In this document: positions 51,135 to 63,489 of the stretch, piece by piece
Layout: each line of letters starts with the position of its first letter
How positions within the stretch are numbered: position 1 is the stretch's first letter
NCBI GenBank assembly: GCA_951406725.2
Contig: OX597814.1
Location: forward strand, 76,136,001-76,200,000
Direction of reading: 5' to 3'
DNA: 64,000 nt
Source of the DNA: Octopus vulgaris
Taxonomy: Eukaryota
Notes under the pieces: generated by a model
The model's database searches: none
What the model was told of the DNA's origin: nothing
Seen by the model: only the letters and a program-made list of their open reading frames with translations
Program-made: the position numbers and the translations under genes

Positions 51135-53760
51135 ACAAAAGAAAAGTATTTCAGGCTGCAAGTTCGTCAGTGGGACTTAAATCACATAAGTTCAATGACT
51201 GGTTCTCAGACAGATCAGCAGAAATTCATGATCTGCTTTTAGAAAAACAAAACTTAGGCAATACAATTCTTTCTCAGAATCCCAACTCAAATGAAGCTTA
51301 CAGAAAGTTGAAAAGGAAAGTGCAGGCAAACGTCTATTTGCTGTTCTCACTGGAGATTTTGGGCCATATATCTCCTTAACATAAGAGTACAAACCTTTAG
51401 CACCATTTCTATCAGCTACTTCTTGTGCCCTTTTGTTCTATCATTCCACCATTCCTGTTTAATTTTCGTAGGAGCATCCTGCACTAAGGAAAATTAAAAA
51501 GGAATGGTAGAATGATAGAGCAAAAGGGGCACAAGAAGCAGCTGATAGAAATGATACCAAGGGTTTGTACTCTTATGTTAAGGAGATATATGGCCCCAAA
51601 TTTTCTTCAATAGCTCCAGTGAGAGAAGCAACTGGATGTTTGCTTCTGACACTGCTTCTATTCATAAGTGCTGGGTAGAACATTTTTCCGCACTTTTGAA
51701 TAGATCATCAACCACTGACATGAGGACGATAGAAAAAATCGAACACTTTCCAGTTATAGAAAAGATGGCATTTGAACCAACTCTAAATGACATTTATTTA
51801 GCTGTGAATAAGCTGAGTAACAATAAGTCTGATGGAATCTGTGCAGAAGTCTTGAAATATGGGGGTGACAAAATGTTTGAACTCTTAAATATGTTAATTT
51901 GTCACTGTTCGAGAACTGAGAAAGTGCCTCAAGACTGGATTTATGCCATTTTAGTCTCCTTGTATAATCAGGGCCAAAGGATCTGTGTGGTAATTTTCGT
52001 GGGATTTCTCTTTTGTCTGTGGTTGGAAAGGTGCCTGCTTGCATTTTGTTAGAACGTTTAAATACCTTTATAGTTCCAAATATAGCATCTGAGTCTCAGT
52101 GTAATTTTCGTTCCTCCAGGAGCACAACTGATTGTATGTTTACTGTCAGACAATTACAAGAAAAGTGCATTGAATAGGATCTTGCTCTATACCATTGCTT
52201 TGTTGATTTGAGCAAAGCATTTGAGATTGTTATCAAAATGTTCTGTGGCTAATTCTAAGGAAAATAGGTTACCCAGAAAAATTTGTAAACACAATCAGGG
52301 CTTTGCATCAAGATATAAAAGCTAGAGTTAACTTTGGTGGCAGGCTCTCTGAATCTTTTGCCGCGGAAAATGGAGTAAAGCAAGGAGACCTTGTTGCACC
52401 CACCCTCTTTGCGATATACTTTGCTGTTGTGTTGTCACATGCTTTTCAAAACTCTGAGGAGGGTATTTACATAAAATATCAAACAACAGGGAACGTTTTT
52501 AATCTGGCCAGACTGAAATTCAATATGAGGTTTTTACTTCACTCATTTGGGAACATTTGTACACTGACAATTGTGATCTTGTCAGTCATTCTGAAACAGG
52601 TGTGCAATCTCTTGTATCTGCATATAACTTGGCTTGTGATGATTTTGGCTTAACCTTCAACTTGAAAAAAGCAGTTGTAATGCATCAACCTGTGTGTAGT
52701 GCTGTTTGTAACCCCCACTAAAATTTTTGTTAAGGGTAAGTTACTTGAGGTTGTTGCTTCATTCATCTACCTTGGCAGCTCTGTTCAAAATGATGGAAAT
52801 CTTGAAACAAAAATACAGCTGTGAATTCAAAGGGCAGCAAAAGCATTTGGTGGCTTGGAGTCACACATTTGGTGCCAGCGACATATAAATAAGGATACTA
52901 AGCTGACACTTTACAAATCATTTGTTTTACCATCCCTGTTGTATTTCTGTGAAACTTGAACTTATTATAAAAGGCATTTTAAATTGTTAGAACAATTCCA
53001 CCAACAATGCCTTCATTGCATCTTAAAAATTAAATGGAGTTCTTTTACTCCAAATACAGATGTCCTTGCATCTGCAGACATCACCACAATTAAAGCTATG
53101 ATTTTGAGGAACCAAATGAGATGGTGTGGCCATATTGTTTGAATGGCAGATGAACGCATGCCGAAACAGTTATTTTATGGAGAGTTTGCAGAGGGGAAAT
53201 GCTATCAGTAAACCTTAAAAAAGGTTTAAGAATGGCATAAGGACTACTATGAAGTCACTTGGAAAGGATCCAGAAGACATAGAAACCCTTGCTTCAGATT
53301 GAGTTGGATGGCGAACAAAATGTGGAGTGGAGTGAAAGCATTTGAAGAGGCCAGGATAATGCATGTAAGACTCAAAAGAGATCTAAGGAAAAATGTAATG
53401 ATTGAGAAGGTGAATGACAATGACCTTTTTGTGACAGACCATGCCTGTCTTTTACTGGGCTCAGATCTCATCTGTGAACCCATGGAAAAAAGAACCTCCA
53501 CCAACTATTCTGCCTATACGTCTTTGCATACCTTTGAATGCAGTGTATGCCAGAAAGTTTGCGAATCCAACGGAGGCCTCAAAAGACATTTTAAGATCCA
53601 CAAAGATCAGAACTTATCTGTAGCTCTTTATGGTCCAAATCAGATGTGCAATCTGTGTGGGTGTCGTTTCAGAACATTGTCTGGTTTAAAAAGCCACATC
53701 AGATGCCATGATGATGCTACGGTGTAGGTACAGGAGGTGGTCAAACTCTACATAAGGAGT
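51135..53760 (+). mobile_element. 5'-truncated RTE-BovB-like LINE with C-terminal C2H2 fingers
   Basis: VPQDW; NFRGISLLS; VRQLQEK; FVDLSKAF; GVKQGDLVAPTLF; WCGHIV; CSVC..HFKIH; CNLC..HIRCH. Confidence 0.92.
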
Positions 53761-53799
53761 AGACAACCACCATATACATACATACATATACAAACATGT

Positions 53800-54114
53800 A
53801 TATAAATACATATTGAAAGTAAAAGAAATGAAACTAATATATGTAGATACATAATGAAAGTAATTGAAATTGAAACCATGTAATAGTGAAAGTATTAATA
53901 GAGATGTTATTGTTTCACTTTCGAAACATGATACAGAAACAGTGTAAGAGATGAGATTGCTCCAGGCTCGCATTAGGCAAGAAGTGAAAAATTTTTTTGA
54001 TCCATAACACTGCATATACCCTAAGTAAGGCATGTGTAAAATTTGAATGAAATCTGTTGAGTTATTCTCAAGTTTTAGTGATGCAGACAGACATTCTCAG
54101 TTTTATTTATATAG
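53800..54114 (-). mobile_element. Helitron 5' fragment
   Basis: Minus strand begins ctatataaataaaactgagaatgtctgtctg, similar to the 38191 start. Confidence 0.6.
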
Positions 54115-55179
54115 GTATCACGTGAACTCTCCTGTCATGAACAACAGATAAGGGGTCTACCATTTCTTGGTGAACAACCCGAACAGATAATTTGTTAATT
54201 GTGATCAAATGTTTGAGTTATACATTAGCACACTCCAACCATCAAATTAACATTGCCAAAACAAGTGCATGATGTGCCACACATCAGATGCCAAAGGGAA
54301 ACTGGAGCAATATGAGATGAAGTGTTTTGCCCAGGAACACAATACACTACCTGATTTGTGAACTGAAACCAGTATCTCACAATCATGAATACAATATCCA
54401 CCACCACTATAGAAATCTTCCGCATAGAAATCTATGTAATCCCATGAATGGAAGAGTGAACTTTTGATGATTATCACACATATACAAACAAGCACATATT
54501 TATACATGCATAAACATTTTTATATTGTCAAACAATATATTATTGGTTATGGTAAGTAACTGGTCAGAATGTAACCATTAGATTCTTGCCAATTATTGTC
54601 ACTGGACCATACTGATGTTTCCTCAGACATACTGACTGGAAGTGCATAGTCTCTTTAGTGCTGAAGTTATTCCAGGCAACAAAATTTAGTGAAAATTTTT
54701 TTAGGAGGTTGAAGAATTAATACAAAAACAGAAACAAAAAAAAAAGGAAAGAGATATTAATGTTAGCAATAATGGCAAAGATAATGATCTTGATAAAAGG
54801 AGAAATATTGATTGTTATTAATGACAATGAAGGATGAAAACATTAATAAATAGGTTAAATCTAGGTAATAACTTGAAGAGGCATATGTATACACACACAC
54901 ATACATGCTCACAGCAACATACATATATATGTATGCATATTTCTTTACACACACACGTGTGTGTGTATTTATGTTCAGTTATAATAAAAAAACAATTACT
55001 CTATACTTTTGTAGAGTACAAATTTATTCTTCTTAAACAATATGAAAGACATTGACTGTACGTGTTGAGGTTGAGATGGAAACTGAGAGTAGCTACTTTG
55101 AGGAAACTATTGTCTCCTAGTCATAATCTAGTTGATATATTTTGATTTTTTAAAATACTATTGTTTTGAATGGGATACC

Positions 55180-55505
55180 ATGTTTTGTTGTGTCTAGGGA
55201 AAATCATTATGCCAATATTATTAACACACACAGTGGTTCAAATCCACAATTGTTTGTTTAGCTTGGTTTAACAGCAAGTCTTTTATTTTGCTTGTTTTTG
55301 TCAAAGCTCTTTAATTAATTGCAAATAGTAACAAAAGAACCTTGACAAAAACATAACAAATGACTTACTGTTTAACCAAATTAAACAAATAATGAATTAA
55401 TTAATTGGATATTTAACCAACTGACTAATAATAAAGGAGTGGAATTGAACCAGTGTGTGTGTTAGTAATAATGACAAACTGACTCTTCCAAGACATAGCA
55501 AACAT
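55180..55505. mobile_element. Palindromic MITE, longer member of the 49076 family
   Basis: Same ttttgttgtgtctaggga terminus, extended foldback. Confidence 0.7.
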
Positions 55506-55638
55506 TTTTCAACACTCGAATTTACATAAAGAATTTTGCAAGCCAGATACAAAAATGAAATGTTTTCTTTTTCTTTTATGCTAACTGTCAAATTTACCCT
55601 GAACATTCTATCTCTCTCTCTCTCTTTATATATATATA

Positions 55639-57190
55639 AACTGAGCCACAAAAGAAACGTCGCACACATACTAAACAGGAAAACTGGTTTATTAACAGAC
55701 TACCATAACATTGATTGAAGAGTGCTAATTAAGAAACCGTTCTTTCCTAATGATAAAACATCATTTCCTGAAACATGTTTGATGTCATATGGTATCACAT
55801 GATGACGGAGTGTCCTGGATCCAAAGAGATGAACTCAGTTTCTCGTGTGACCGCAGTTAGCATTGATTACTGCAGGCATCTTCTGTGCATTGAATGCACC
55901 AAATGATTGATGAAGGCCATGGAAATAGTGAGTTGTGCCAAAGTTGTCAGCTTTGTATGGATGTTATTTAGCCTTCTTTGGATTTCATCCCACAGGTGCT
56001 CTATGGGGTTCATGTATGGACTTAGAGCAGACCATGGCAGTGTCTGAATATTGTGCTGTTGGAGGAAGTCTGTTGTCAATCTGGCAGTATGGACATGAGC
56101 ATTATGTTGGAACACGTGATTTCAATGACAGGCAAAATATGACACAATGTAAGGCCTCAACACTTGGTTGATGTAGCAAACAGGAGTTACTCCATTGCCC
56201 TGGCCTTGACTGATGTTTTGGAAGGCCACTGATCCCATAGGTATCATTCCCTCAGTCGCTTAATTGTCCGAATACTGCTATTCAAGTCATTAGCAATGCC
56301 CCATGGACATTGACCAGCATGGAGACGTCTGATAGCTTGCTCCCTTTGATTTCATGTCAGTCCTGGCATGCTTGCTGCATTCAAGGAATGACTAACAGGC
56401 TGGTAAATTAAAAATCAGGTAGTGTATTGTGTTCCTGGGCAAAACACTTCATCTCATATTGCTCCAGCTTCCCTTTGGCATCTGATGTGTGGCACATCAT
56501 GCACTTGTTTGGGCAATGTTAATTTGATGGTTGGAGTGTGCTAATGTATAACTCAAACATTTGATCACAATTAACAAATTTGTATGCTCTGTTTTCCCCT
56601 TGAATCTCTCTCCACCACATAGCTATCCAGATGATGGTCACCCCTTCTTCTCCAAAGCTTAGCTCTGTCATCTGTCACAGAAATGCAATATTGACTTGCA
56701 TCAGAGAAAACAACAGTCCTCCACTGCTGATATTGCCAGTTTTGACGTTTTGAGCCCACTGCGTTGTGCCCATCAATGACGATTAGTGAGGACAGAGCCC
56801 CAAGCTGGATGTCAATAAGACAGATTGAAAGATCTCAGCTAGCTGCGAACAGTCTCTGCACAAATGGTTCTGTGTGAGTCTTTATGGCCTGCCTAGATGA
56901 TTCCATTGCCCTCCAGAACAGGTCCTGCAAGTGCAGGTGGTGAACTTGACATGCTGTTGTGACCCTATGTGGACAATTATCCATGCTGTTTGTAGCATTG
57001 TATCATTCCCTCAGTCACTTAATTGTCCGAATACTGCTATTCAAGTCATTAGCAATGCCCCATGGACATTGACCAGCATGGCGACATCTGATAGCTTGCT
57101 CCCTTTGATTTCATGTCAGTCCTGGCATGCTTGCTGCATTCGGGGAATGACTGACAGGCTGGTAAATTTGGGTGCCTTTTATACCCAATG
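55639..57190 (-). mobile_element. Tc1-like (DD34E) transposon, rearranged
   Basis: WRTVVFSDAS; FQHNAHVHTA; PWSALSPYMNPIEHLWD. Confidence 0.88.
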
Positions 57191-57219
57191 AGTCAACATC
57201 TTGCATGTGCATCATGCTT

Positions 57220-57745
57220 TTCATAAAGCAACTACAACAGCAACAAGAAAACCAACAGTTGCTGGAATTAATGTTGAAGAAGTCTGAAAATACTTCAAGT
57301 TCATACTCGCCAGACAGTGTAGCAAATTCAATTGAAGAATTCAGCTATAATTCAGAAGAGATTACCTTCTCTGCATATTTTCGAAGATATGAAGAAATCT
57401 TCAAAGAAGAGAGTAAAAGTTGGTCCAACAAGAAAAAAAGAACAACTACTTTTAAGAACACTATCAACTGCCAAACACGAAAAATACAGTAATTTTATTG
57501 TCAAAGAAGCTAGGTGAGATTTGTTTTGATGAAACAATATTTTATTGAAAATTTTCAGTAAAAGAACTTCTCAGTTCAACACTGGCTGGCAATATTTAAA
57601 TTTGGTCAAAGATGAAGATTTCTTCACCTATGCCAAAGTGGTTAACAGAGTGATTGTCAGAAATTCAAATTGAATGAGTTGACCCCAGACATGTTCATGT
57701 GTTTAATTTTTGTTCAAGGGCTTACTGCAAACAAAGATGCAGATC
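57220..57745 (+). pseudogene. Gypsy gag-like relic
   Basis: SIEEFSYN..TFSAYFRRYEEIF..LLLRTL..KFKLNELTPDMFMCLIFVQGL. Confidence 0.75.
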
Positions 57746-57747
57746 TA

Positions 57748-57915
57748 CGTTATTTACATTTGACAGATATTTGTCCTCATCTTGTTTGTTGTTAACACAA
57801 TGCTTTAGCTGATGTACTCTCAAGCCTTTGTCAGGTGTCTTGGGGAAATTTTGAACCTGGGTTCTCATTCCTAAGGTATTTTTCAATATTATTAATATTA
57901 TTATTATTCACTGAC
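57748..57915 (-). mobile_element. 3' tail of the 10146 PLE family with decayed HHR
   Basis: Reverse complement of 11050-11220. Confidence 0.85.
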
Positions 57916-58539
57916 CATTATCAGATAGCATCACCTCTGTTTTCATGGGAGAATTTTACATCTGTGGTGTCGATAGGATGGAATTTAAAGATGGAATGAT
58001 TTTGTGGAGAGCTAAGTGTATTTGGAAGGAGAGTTGGAGGTGTTTAGATAGATAGTGGGAGGAGAAAATAGATTTCAGGGTTAGGGTTGATAACAAGGCT
58101 AGTGATAGTAGTAGAGGCAGAAGGTGGGAGGAAGGGTGGTTTAAGTAGTATGTGAGTGAAGACCTTTGTGATAATTTGTATAAAAGCTATAGAGTTAAAG
58201 GCTGAGATAGTGAAAAGTGCTTGTTATTGAGGGAAATGAGTTGACTAGTTCAATAGCTAAGCGGGGTGAGGAGGTGGTCAAAAGTAGTTGTTAGTGGGAC
58301 AAAGGAATTGGGTTGGTAGTTTTCAAAGGGGTGGTGTCTTGTAAAGTACTGTTTGAGGTTTGGGAAAGTAGAAGTGGTTGATTTGAAAGTTTGGAAGAGA
58401 TTTGAGATGTGTGTATGGGAAGGAATAAGATGGGGGCAGAGGTTAGTATTTATTAAGTCATAGGTTGCAAGGCTGACTTTGTTTTAGATTAAGGTTTTTT
58501 TGAGTATATAAACTTATTATAGGATTATACAGATTTAGC

Positions 58540-60520
58540 AAAGTGCATGAAAGTTGAGTAGTATCTGTGTTTACAAGAATAAATAACATCAGAGAATCTA
58601 TTGAGTAATGAGGAGTTGTAAAGGTGAAGAATGGTTAATGATTCTTTTAGACATAACTTACACTTACCGATATTTGCATTGTATGGAGAAGCTTCACTTA
58701 CTATGAACCAGGATATGTGTATGGAATATTTTGCAATTGAGATTGTGTATGTACGTTGCTAAGGAGGTAGACAGTTTCGAGTTCGGATTAATGAAAGAGT
58801 TCATGTGTGCATGGTAGCAGTACTTGAAATCTACGATGACACCAATATATACTCTTGTTTGGTGGGAGTTGGGTGTTACCATAGTACTTATAGATCATGT
58901 TTTTGTGCAGACAGGAGCCTGCAAGAGGGTAAAATTTAGATGCACAGCAGTTGCAAGTTTTTCTATTTGCTCCGTGGTTGGGGCTTACTGCTAGTGAGGA
59001 TGAGCTTGGTTGGTTTGTTGTTAGTGGGGTGAAAACCTAAAGTGTAATTTGTATTTGTAAGGGACTGGGAGGTGGTATTGGAGCTAGTATCTGTTGTCAC
59101 ATAGGTAGGATTGTAGGATGTTGGCTTGAGTTTAGTATTATTTGAGGTAGGATTGTGTTATTGCTAGTATGTGGACTAACTTGGGGTGCAGTGTGAGAAT
59201 TTAAGTGTTCAGAGGACTGGTGTTGAAGTTTGCATTTGTTCAAGCAGGTGATTATGAATACTAAAGTGGAGTAGATTTTCAGATGATTTGTTAAAGATGG
59301 GATAGTATTTATGCTGTGGTAGAAAATTAAATTTTAAAATTTTAAAGAAGAGTTTAGGAAGAGATTTAACTTGGAGAGAGAAGGGTAGTACAAACCTTAA
59401 GATTTTCCCAGCCTAGAGTGTTTAGAATGTGTGGTTGTAGTGGGCTGATCAGGAGTAGGGGCACTTGTAGTTGTTACAGGCTTGGGGTGGCCAGCAGTGT
59501 GATGTGTAGAGGTGTTGGATTGGTGTAACATGGAAGTAGTTTTTAGTTTTAAGCTTAGTGTTGGGAAAGTAATAGATTTTTTTTGCAGAAGCCACTTATT
59601 TGGAGGGCTTGATTATAATAAGGGGCATGAGTGTTAAAAATTTCTTTGTTAGTGGATAAGTTAAGAGGACATTTATGTATTGTAAAGATAGGATGGATTT
59701 ATGGAAAGGGTGGTATAAACATCTAAGAAATTGGCCACCTTAGTGTCAGTTTCGAATGAAATACTTTAGTTGTAGTTTTTAAAGAATTTGTGTAGGGCTT
59801 TCTTAGTGCATTCAATCAACAGTTGAGATAATCCAGTTGCTGAAAAGAGTGTGTCATCCCTGTATAGTCCACTGGATAGCTTGGGGAAACATTGTTTAGT
59901 TTGGGAAAGAAGGAATAGGTCCACAAGGTCGGTGACCTGGGCTGAGTTCAATGAACCCATGATTATATCGAAGTAATCCGTAGATGAGTTGCAGGTCCAA
60001 TTATTATCCTTAAAGTGAATCAGAGTTTTCCTCACAGCTAGAATGATACTGATATCCAATCGGGAGATGGGAGCATATTTTTAGGCAAGGTTTTAAGAGA
60101 ATTGGTGATATTGATGAGTAATAATTTGAGATGTCAAACTGAAGGAAATGGGTGTTTTGTTTATCATGAAGAGAGTGGGAGCTTAACATTAGTTCTAAAA
60201 AGGGGTAGAATATGGTCAATAATGCATTTACTAATTCAACTTTAAGTCAGATTTTGTGGGACAGACAAGGTGAATGGAAAGCTTAGAGTTGGGCTTGTGG
60301 TCCTTCAGGATGAAATGGGAGGGTTAAGTGTATATGACTCAGTTCTATTTAGATCAGCAATGAGCTTACAATGGATGTTATTAATCTCCTTAAGAGCATT
60401 TCTATGTGCATGTTTATAATTCGTGTTTAGTTACTTTCATATGAGATTAGTATGTTTCCAAGGGAAGGGAGTAAAGATTGCCAGTTTTTCAGAGAAGACA
60501 TGCAGGTGTGATGAATTTCG
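58540..60520 (-). mobile_element. Penelope-like element, Neptune-type (RT + GIY-YIG), decayed
   Basis: FLQFDISNYYSSIS; FDIIMGS; GLYRDD; CNC..PLAGSCL; VYIG; STSLATYIH; KCKLCLKE. Confidence 0.85.
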
Positions 60521-60539
60521 CAAGATTTCACCTATTGCA

Positions 60540-60800
60540 ACATTCCGAGTTCAAATTCTGCAATCAACTTTACCTTTCATTATTTCAGGGTCGATAAATT
60601 AAGCACCAGCAAAACACAGGGGCTGATGTCATCAACTAGTCTCCTCCCCTCAAATGTCAAGCCTTGTGCCTTTAGCAGAAAGGATTATTATTATTATACC
60701 AAGGTCAATGTTGCCTTTCATCCTTTTGGGGGTCAGTGAAATAAGTACCAGTCATGCACTGGAGTTGATGTAAGCCCCATGCCTATAGTAGAAAGGTTTA
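60540..60800 (+). mobile_element. Two partial SINE A copies
   Basis: gagttcaaattc..gggtcgataaattaagcaccag; gcctttcatccttttgggggtc. Confidence 0.8.
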
Positions 60801-61109
60801 TTATTATTATTGGTGCTATTATTACTATTACTATCATCACTATTCTGATCCTTTCTTCATTTTTGACAAACTGGAATGCATGAATATCCTTCACTGGGAA
60901 TATTTCTTCATTTTTACATTTCTCTGATGCTGGGAGAGGATTGCAGTGACTGGTGAAAATCAGGTATAAAGATGGGGTGGGGGAGAAAGCAGTGATACAA
61001 TCATGGTGTACGAAGAGAAACATAGTTTAGAAGATGTAGTTCTTGAGGTAGGGTGTCTGAAAAGTTGGTTATATGTTGGTTGGAGGGACACAATGCTTCA
61101 AACATATTT

Positions 61110-61260
61110 TGTTGACATGAGCAAGTCTTCTCTAGAATCTCAGTCCATCATTTCTTCCTCTTCCACAGGTACCATTCACTTTCAGTGATAGGCACTTCTG
61201 TATACAGCTGTCTTTACTCATGTCCAAACTAATGCAGGCCTCTCCTGCACGCTATGCCCA
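61110..61260 (-). mobile_element. RTE C-terminal relic
   Basis: VQER..KDSCIQKCLSLKVNGTCGRGR. Confidence 0.65.
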
Positions 61261-61634
61261 ACACAATTGAGCTTTGTCAGTCACAGTTCAAATATAGCAG
61301 TTTATTCTTACTCAAATATTTCTCATTATCTAGGAAGATTGCATCTGTGGTGCCTCTTCCAGGAGTAAAAGTGGCTTGCCTTGAATCTTCTACATCCAAG
61401 TTTCAATTAATGCTCTACTTTCTAGCCTGCACTTTCACATTTCAAGATGGTTAAGCAAGTAACACCAATGAACAAATGAAGAGAATGTTTCATGTCAGCA
61501 TTTGTATCACCTTTAAATCTTTTTATCCCACCAGATTTGTAGGTGGAAAGACATTCCAACTTATTTTTCAATTATGTGCCCTTCCTATCTTGTCTTTGTT
61601 GAGAGCACTGATCAAATGAATCTGTTTCTCTTAC

Positions 61635-61678
61635 CTTGATACTGTTACTAACAAATCTGCATCACACTTCAAAATGGT
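61635..61678 (-). other. Candidate 44-bp exon
   Basis: ctgatcctttcag acceptor, AAG/gtaaga donor, single open frame TILKCDADLLVTVS. Confidence 0.35.
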
Positions 61679-62599
61679 CTGAAAGGATCAGAGCCAAACT
61701 GAATAGTTTGCATATCATCCAGTTTCAGTGACGTCATCACTTTCTGCTTCTCTCTTCCTGATTTTATACCTGCTGGATCACAACTTGTCTCTTGGTATCG
61801 TCAACACTGTACCTTCCCTAAATTTCAACTGCTGACCTCAGTAGTAATTGCAATGAGCCCCTTGTGTAACAGAACTGAACTTTTTCCTAATACACTTTTC
61901 CTCAGTGATTTGAACTCATAGCAACGCCATCTTGTGAGTGTGCATGTTTAACCTATGCAAATTTTTATTTTACACAAGACGACCCCATACTATACCTTCC
62001 CCAATAATTCTGTATAAATATAAATCCTTTTGTATGCCATGTCCAAGGAAGGACAACTGCTTTACTGATATCTATTGAAGCAAAAATGTATCTCTTAATT
62101 GTTCACCCCAGACTATTCTTGTAAATTTTAAATTCCACTTTGGAACTAATTTCAATAGCCACTAAAGTTTTAACTTCACTGGAAGCACAACGATAAACCA
62201 AGAATTTCTCATATTTATCTTTGAGCTTCATGCCACTCATAATCTTTAAACTAGGTCATTCATTTTTATTCTTCACTATTCTCAGTACTGGTGGAGACCC
62301 TCTCCTTCCAGCTTTCACATCCTAGACCAGTGGTTCCCAACCATTCTTTCCCTATGGACTCCTTTGATTCCTATTTAACTTGGGTGGACTCTTCATAACT
62401 ATTTGACTTTTTTCAAATTAAATGTTATTAGGAATTGTACCAAAAAAAAAAAAAATTCTGTGTATTGTAGAAAGTTGAGAATCAATTCTAGACATTGTTG
62501 GGTCACTGAAGAGCAGACAGTTGCCTATGTGCTTGGAATACAAAGGTACATAAAATATTATCCTCAATCCAAAGCAAAAAGTATACATGCCTGTATTTT

Positions 62600-62900
62600 A
62601 TACCTTTGATAAAATACCAAGACAGCCGGAGATGATCATCAAAAAGTTTTGAGTGTCCATGAGGCTTACCCCCAGTCTGGGTCTCACTAAAGAGAACCAT
62701 CTTTGGGAGCCAGTTACCTGGCATCTGAATCACATGGCCAACCCAGCAGAGAAAGTAACAAAGGATGCAGGCCTCAAGAGATACTTCCAAAATAGCAGAA
62801 CGAATACACCTATGGTAGTGGAGCATCATCATTAAGGATGGGCTGAGTACAGAAATTAAGTTTTTCACATGTTATGCACTGTCCCACTCAACTGGTTGTT
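62600..62900 (-). mobile_element. RTE-BovB C-terminal relic
   Basis: WVGHVIQMPGNWLPKMVLFSE. Confidence 0.7.
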
Positions 62901-63341
62901 AATCAGAAGGCATGAAAGTCCATGTGTGATGCTGGAGTGGAGAGCACTTTGAAACTCAACACAGAAGACTACATAAGATGTTACCAATCCACTGTGGCTG
63001 TTACAGAATCTTGCCAGTCACATCCACTCCCATGAAAAAAGATGTACTGAAGGATGAATATCCTGGATCAATGCTGTCATAAATTTACACACCAGAACAC
63101 TTCAAAATGTTAAAACTATCTTATCTGTAGCAACAGATTTTCTCTGAGAAACAATGCTTATTAGAATTCTATTACACACAATTCATTTGTTTCCCTGGTT
63201 TTATTTCTGAACTTTCTCACCACTAGTTTTTAATGTAGAGAGAAGACTTTACGCAAGAATTCAGACATCAGCTAAGTAATCATGTTACATACATGGATGC
63301 AGGTCAGAGTAATTTGTTTACATATGTGGGTTTCCACATAC

Positions 63342-63489
63342 TTGTACACCACAGGTATAAAATTCTGTATCGTTTTTCATATTACTTCCCTGGAACACTT
63401 GAGCTTCGTGAAACCCACTTTCTAAATATTCGTGCTGCCTCAACAATTAGTTATAAACTAGGCATATACATGTACACAAACACCAGTTG
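63342..63489 (-). other. Candidate exon
   Basis: catttctttag acceptor, CAA/gtatgt donor, ATG at 63380 giving MKNDTEFYTCGVQ. Confidence 0.2.

Noticed and set aside
53299-53727. Stand-alone host C2H2 zinc-finger gene
   Set aside because: Colinear with the disabled RTE-BovB ORF2; no splice signals or TGEKP linkers
62328-62400. hAT-like CAGTGGTTCCCAA terminus
   Set aside because: No matching second TIR or TSD found
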